The notes beneath the pieces are model-generated. The model saw only the letters and a list, made by a program, of their open reading frames with translations, was not told where the DNA came from and did no database searches. A stretch of 62,249 nt of DNA from Ignavibacteria bacterium. Lineage in GTDB: Bacteria > Bacteroidota > Ignavibacteria > Palsa-1295. A program made the position numbers and the translations under genes. The DNA lies in the NCBI GenBank assembly GCA_013287605.1, contig JABDDM010000006.1, positions 1 to 62,249 on the forward strand, written 5' to 3'. Positions 58,568 through 62,249 of this stretch are shown here, one piece after another. Position 1 is the stretch's first letter. Every line of letters begins with the position of its first letter.

Positions 58568-59149
58568 ATGAACCCTAAGGTTGAGTTTTATTTTAGAAAA
58601 GCCAAACAGTGGCAGAAAGAATTGGAAGCACTGAGAATGATCGTTCTTGACTGTGGGCTGACCGAAGAATTGAAGTGGGGTGTTCCTGTTTACACGTTTC
58701 AGAAACATAACATAGTTTTACTGCATGTATTTAAAGAATACTGTGCGCTTTTGTTTTTCAAGGGTGCCTTGCTGAATGATGCCAATGGTATTTTAATCCA
58801 ACAAACGAAGAACGTTCAGGCGGGGCGACAGATCCGGTTCACCAATGTTCGAGAAATCGTCGAGATGAAACCCATCTTGAAGGCCTATATTTATGAAGCC
58901 CTTGAAGTTGAACAAGCCGGTTTGAAAGTGACTTTTAAGAAGATCTCGGAATTCATCATTCCTGAAGAATTTCAGAATAAATTGGATTCAAGCACAGCCT
59001 TGAAAACTGCTTTTGATGCGTTGTCGCCTGGACGGCAAAGAGCGTACATTCTTTATTTTTCTGCACCCAAACAATCCAAAACTCGTCAGTCAAGAGTTGA
59101 AAAATGTGTGCAGCAAATTCTCAACGGAAAGGGATTAAATGATCAGTAA
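58568..59149 (+). CDS. YdeI family protein (DUF1801 plus OmdA-like C domain)
   Basis: LTEELKWGVPVY, FKEYCALLFFKGALL, FDALSPGRQRAY, KQSKTRQSR, GKGLND. Confidence 0.9.
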   Translation: MNPKVEFYFRKAKQWQKELEALRMIVLDCGLTEELKWGVPVYTFQKHNIVLLHVFKEYCALLFFKGALLNDANGILIQQTKNVQAGRQIRFTNVREIVEMKPILKAYIYEALEVEQAGLKVTFKKISEFIIPEEFQNKLDSSTALKTAFDALSPGRQRAYILYFSAPKQSKTRQSRVEKCVQQILNGKGLNDQ

Positions 59150-59191
59150 ATTCGATGATGCCCTTTCTACTTTTAAAAAAGACAATCCTTA

Positions 59192-59235
59192 AAGTCCCTC
59201 TCTCCACGCCAGTGGGAGAGGGATTTAGGGTGAGG
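59192..59235. repeat. CCCTCTC/GAGAGGG palindromic repeat with AGGGTGAGG tail
   Basis: AAGTCCCTCTC-TCCACGCCAGTGG-GAGAGGGATTT-AGGGTGAGG at the right edge of the low-GC cassette. Confidence 0.7.
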
Positions 59236-59307
59236 GCGGTGGGGCAAGGTGTCTGCAGCGTCCCCCGGAGCTTTCTTCTTGGTCAGGCGGGACGCCAGAC
59301 CCTCCAC

Positions 59308-59342
59308 AAAAAAGCCTCCCACTTTTCACAAAGTGGGAGGCT
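59308..59342 (-). terminator. Intrinsic terminator after the cupin gene (possibly bidirectional)
   Basis: A tract plus AGCCTCCCACTTT-TCAC-AAAGTGGGAGGCT, a perfect 13-bp stem. Confidence 0.85.
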
Positions 59343-59414
59343 AAAGCGCAATCCGAAGCATCAATTATGTATGCTGACGAGCTTTCATCATTCATACTTC
59401 ATACTTACGCAATA

Positions 59415-59804
59415 TCAGTTCTTCTTTCTTGGCTTTGCGTAATCGACCATTCCCTGGAAATCGACGATGACTACGGGTTCGTTGCCGACGACCCATGCAT
59501 CGTGGCCAGGTGGCACGAGGCATACATCGCCTGCTTTGGCGTCGAACTCGGTGCCGTCATCCATCTTGACGCGCATCGTGCCCGAGACTTGATACTGGAA
59601 GTGCGGGGCTTCGCAGCTATCTGTGTGTACGATCGGTTGCACCGAGGTGAGCCACCTCCAGCCGGGTTCGAAAATGGCACGGCCGACGGTTGCTCCAGCG
59701 ATATTGACGAGTTCAACGCGTCCCTTCGGGAATTGTCGGACTTCATCCGGCTTACCGAAATTCTTTACTATTGCCTGTTTGACATCCTCAAGGGTTTCTT
59801 GCAT
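59415..59804 (-). CDS. Cupin domain protein
   Basis: FEPGWRW, SCEAPH, GDV..VPPGHDAWVVGNEP. Confidence 0.9.
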   Translation of the reverse strand: MQETLEDVKQAIVKNFGKPDEVRQFPKGRVELVNIAGATVGRAIFEPGWRWLTSVQPIVHTDSCEAPHFQYQVSGTMRVKMDDGTEFDAKAGDVCLVPPGHDAWVVGNEPVVIVDFQGMVDYAKPRKKN

Positions 59805-59934
59805 GTGCGTAATGTTGGTTAAGTGAACAGGCGCAAAAGTATCAGAACGCGTCCCTCCTATACTTGTACAAAAGTAGGTACTTTATGTAAAAAGCGGAAG
59901 TAGCGTGTGGGAGAAGTAAATGAATCAGTGAAGA

Positions 59935-60006
59935 TGAAGGCGACAGGGACGCATCACCCAGGATGCGCTTCACTGCATCCTGGACTCCGCGTCCCTGCAA
60001 CCTTCA
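59935..60006. repeat. 72-nt nested inverted repeat (long hairpin)
   Basis: TGAAGG/CCTTCA, CAGGGACGC/GCGTCCCTG and CCAGGATGC/GCATCCTGG nested stems. Confidence 0.75.
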
Positions 60007-60017
60007 AAGGCTGGGGA

Positions 60018-62249
60018 CTACTTTACCACGACGAATTTTCCTGTTCGTGTAGTATTTGTAGGTTGATAGCTCATCCGATATTGAAAGACGCCTTCATTCA
60101 TTGCCATCGAAGGAAGCTCAAACTGGTTTTCGCCTGCGTGTGCAGTACACTCCGCACGATAGATCGTCTTCCCGTTCATATCGCTCACATGAAGTGTAAC
60201 CAGACCCGAAGATGCAACCGTGAATGGAATCAGTATCTGCGATGAACGATCAACATAGAACGGATTTGGGCGAACGGGCTGGGCTGTGAATGACATATTC
60301 GCGCCATTAAGAAAGTAATTTTTGATCGTCGAATCGCCGCACAAAAAGACGAGGCTCACGGGTGTTGTTGTCGCCGAAGCACCGAGCGAACACTTTTGAT
60401 ATTGCTGATCGCCACCGTTCAGCTTGATGTCGACGAAGCTGATTGTTGTGCTTGTCGAATCCGATAGCGTTGCGCGAAATGCGATCCCGACCATGGGCAG
60501 CGTGGAGTCAATGGTGAGTTCCGCTCCGGTCGCGATGAATTCGATCGGGTAATAGATTGACTTGGCGCCAACCCTGAATTCCGGTCCAACGCTGATCGCC
60601 GAGTTCGGCACATAATTGATCCAGCTTATCGGAGTAAGAACATCGCCGTTGTAATTCAGTATGAATCGGATGCTTGAAAGCTTTCTCCTGGCTACTGAAT
60701 GACTTGAGTAGATGTTCATTCGGATGGTATCGCCTGCATGCACATTCAGAACTGGTTTGGCAAAGAATGTGAGGGTGTCCGTCGGTAGCGCACCTGCGGA
60801 GAGATGTATCGTGGGCGATTGATTCTGATCGGCATCGGATGTTAGTGATACTGTGCCGTTCGATTGACCAGCAATAACTGGTATGAAATGCACCTTAATC
60901 GTATCACTCTCTCCGGCTGCAAGTCCCAACGGCAATTGTTTGGTGTTGACTAAGACGAAGCCGTTGCCGGTCACGTCACGTTGCGTGACCATCAGACTAT
61001 CACAGCCCGTGTTACGATAAATGATCTGCGTATCCCTTGTTGCGCAGAAGGAGATCGTTCCGAAATCAAGCGCGCTCGAGTCGATGGAAAGTGTGCGTGA
61101 ACCGTGAATGATTTGTGCATTGACCGCAATGAATGAATCGACGACAGGCTTATTCGTGAATTGATATTGCAGGTGAATGTTGCCGGCGAATCCTCCTCGA
61201 ACGTTGGTATTGAGATACACGATGATCTTCATCGTATCTCCATCGATAATCGCGTGCGGCGCTCCGGGCTTTGTTACGATCGTCACATCAGGCGCGAGCG
61301 CACCTTCGAGCTTTACCGATTTCACATTCATCGAGACACATCCGGGATTCGTGATTGTGAAGATTACCGAATCCGGAAGATCGCAATGCGTACGTGTTCC
61401 AAAATCAATCAGCGCAGGGTTGAGCGATGATTGGAAGAATGAAGTGCCTGTCTGACCAGTCCCTCGAATCGAAATAGGGATGCGTTGAATGACTTCGAGC
61501 GCTTTGATCGTGAGAATGATACTATCCTGCACTATCGACATTGTTGTCGGCGAAAATCTCACGACAAACGAGAAAGAACTGTCAGGCAGGATAAATCTTG
61601 GGAGCTTGCCAAGTCCTGGCAATGTAAAATTTTGGCCGAGCTTGAGCAAGATCGCGTTCACCCAGAGCGTATCGCAGCCAGGATTGCTAATGGTGAGCGT
61701 CGTGTCGTAGGAACGGCACGTCGAGATCGAGCCAACATTGATCGCATTGAAGGTAGCGATCGCATTCTCGAACGGTACGAACGCCGAGACGGTGATTGCG
61801 CTATCACGATCAATGCCCTGATGTCTAAAATGTATCAGGATCGATGAAGCATATTTTCCTGAGATTCGAGGCGCAATGTGCAGCTTGAAACGAAGCACAC
61901 CACCGGAAGCAACAGCGTAAGGATAAGTCGGGGGATTGCCGTTGGCGTCAAGCAACGTGAGACCCTTCACTGCAGCCGCGTCAGCGCCTTTGACGAATAA
62001 CGTATCGCATCCCGCGTTAGTAATCGTGATCATCGAGTCTCGCGAAAGACATGCATGAACCGTGTCGAGCGTGATGGCTCTCGGAGACATCGTGAACTGT
62101 GGCGCAACCCCTGCGGCGCGTGCGTTCACGGTGATGAGCGTATCCAGCGTGCGTCCAAGAGCATTTGAGAAATAGCGTATGCGGATTTGCGTTGTGATCG
62201 TCGTATCATGATGATAGGCTCGCTTCGGATCCCATTGCAGCACGATCGA
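60018..62249 (-). CDS. Large secreted protein with tandem ASH/choice-of-anchor-D domains, cohesin-like domain and T9SS CTD (start beyond the right edge)
   Basis: Four repeats of the type DFG...C...D..ITI.N.GCD.L.V; CTD VRPNPF..VSDMNGK..EGVFQY..TGKFVVVK. Confidence 0.85.
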   Translation of the reverse strand, partial: SIVLQWDPKRAYHHDTTITTQIRIRYFSNALGRTLDTLITVNARAAGVAPQFTMSPRAITLDTVHACLSRDSMITITNAGCDTLFVKGADAAAVKGLTLLDANGNPPTYPYAVASGGVLRFKLHIAPRISGKYASSILIHFRHQGIDRDSAITVSAFVPFENAIATFNAINVGSISTCRSYDTTLTISNPGCDTLWVNAILLKLGQNFTLPGLGKLPRFILPDSSFSFVVRFSPTTMSIVQDSIILTIKALEVIQRIPISIRGTGQTGTSFFQSSLNPALIDFGTRTHCDLPDSVIFTITNPGCVSMNVKSVKLEGALAPDVTIVTKPGAPHAIIDGDTMKIIVYLNTNVRGGFAGNIHLQYQFTNKPVVDSFIAVNAQIIHGSRTLSIDSSALDFGTISFCATRDTQIIYRNTGCDSLMVTQRDVTGNGFVLVNTKQLPLGLAAGESDTIKVHFIPVIAGQSNGTVSLTSDADQNQSPTIHLSAGALPTDTLTFFAKPVLNVHAGDTIRMNIYSSHSVARRKLSSIRFILNYNGDVLTPISWINYVPNSAISVGPEFRVGAKSIYYPIEFIATGAELTIDSTLPMVGIAFRATLSDSTSTTISFVDIKLNGGDQQYQKCSLGASATTTPVSLVFLCGDSTIKNYFLNGANMSFTAQPVRPNPFYVDRSSQILIPFTVASSGLVTLHVSDMNGKTIYRAECTAHAGENQFELPSMAMNEGVFQYRMSYQPTNTTRTGKFVVVK

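Noticed and set aside
59155-59442. 95-aa plus-strand ORF after ydeI
   Set aside because: It spans a palindromic repeat and a terminator; not protein-like.

Overview
This is chromosomal DNA of an FCB-group bacterium (Bacteroidota sensu lato, Kapabacteria/Ignavibacteria-like by inference). The assignment rests on five proteins with type IX secretion C-terminal domains and several TAnnTTTG-type promoters. In order, the window holds: a partial cheR with a 2170-aa cytoplasmic poly-HAMP hybrid histidine kinase; dnaN-recF-dciA without dnaA/gyrB; a hydroxyacyl-CoA dehydrogenase fragment and thiolase; maf and two incomplete ABC transporter loci; a long minus-strand run nuoJKLMN-nnr-ccmBCDEF with a CxxxY-type CcmE; asnS and tRNA-Lys; a TonB receptor/DUF4249 pair, an acid phosphatase and a Gly-rich fibre-like protein; an isolated rplK-rplA pair; two paralogous His-rich lipoproteins; and a low-GC ArsR-SRPBCC-DoxX-YdeI cassette. 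No integrase, transposase or CRISPR array was seen. The best novelty candidates are (1) a DnaB/RecA-fold protein with most catalytic motifs degenerate, (2) a small secreted protein ending in a TWGxIKxxF motif that may be a second sorting signal, (3) a 48-bp non-coding element present twice, 42 kb apart, and (4) several REP-like palindrome families, one embedded in-frame in a CDS. All calls are by-eye pattern recognition; no database searches were run.
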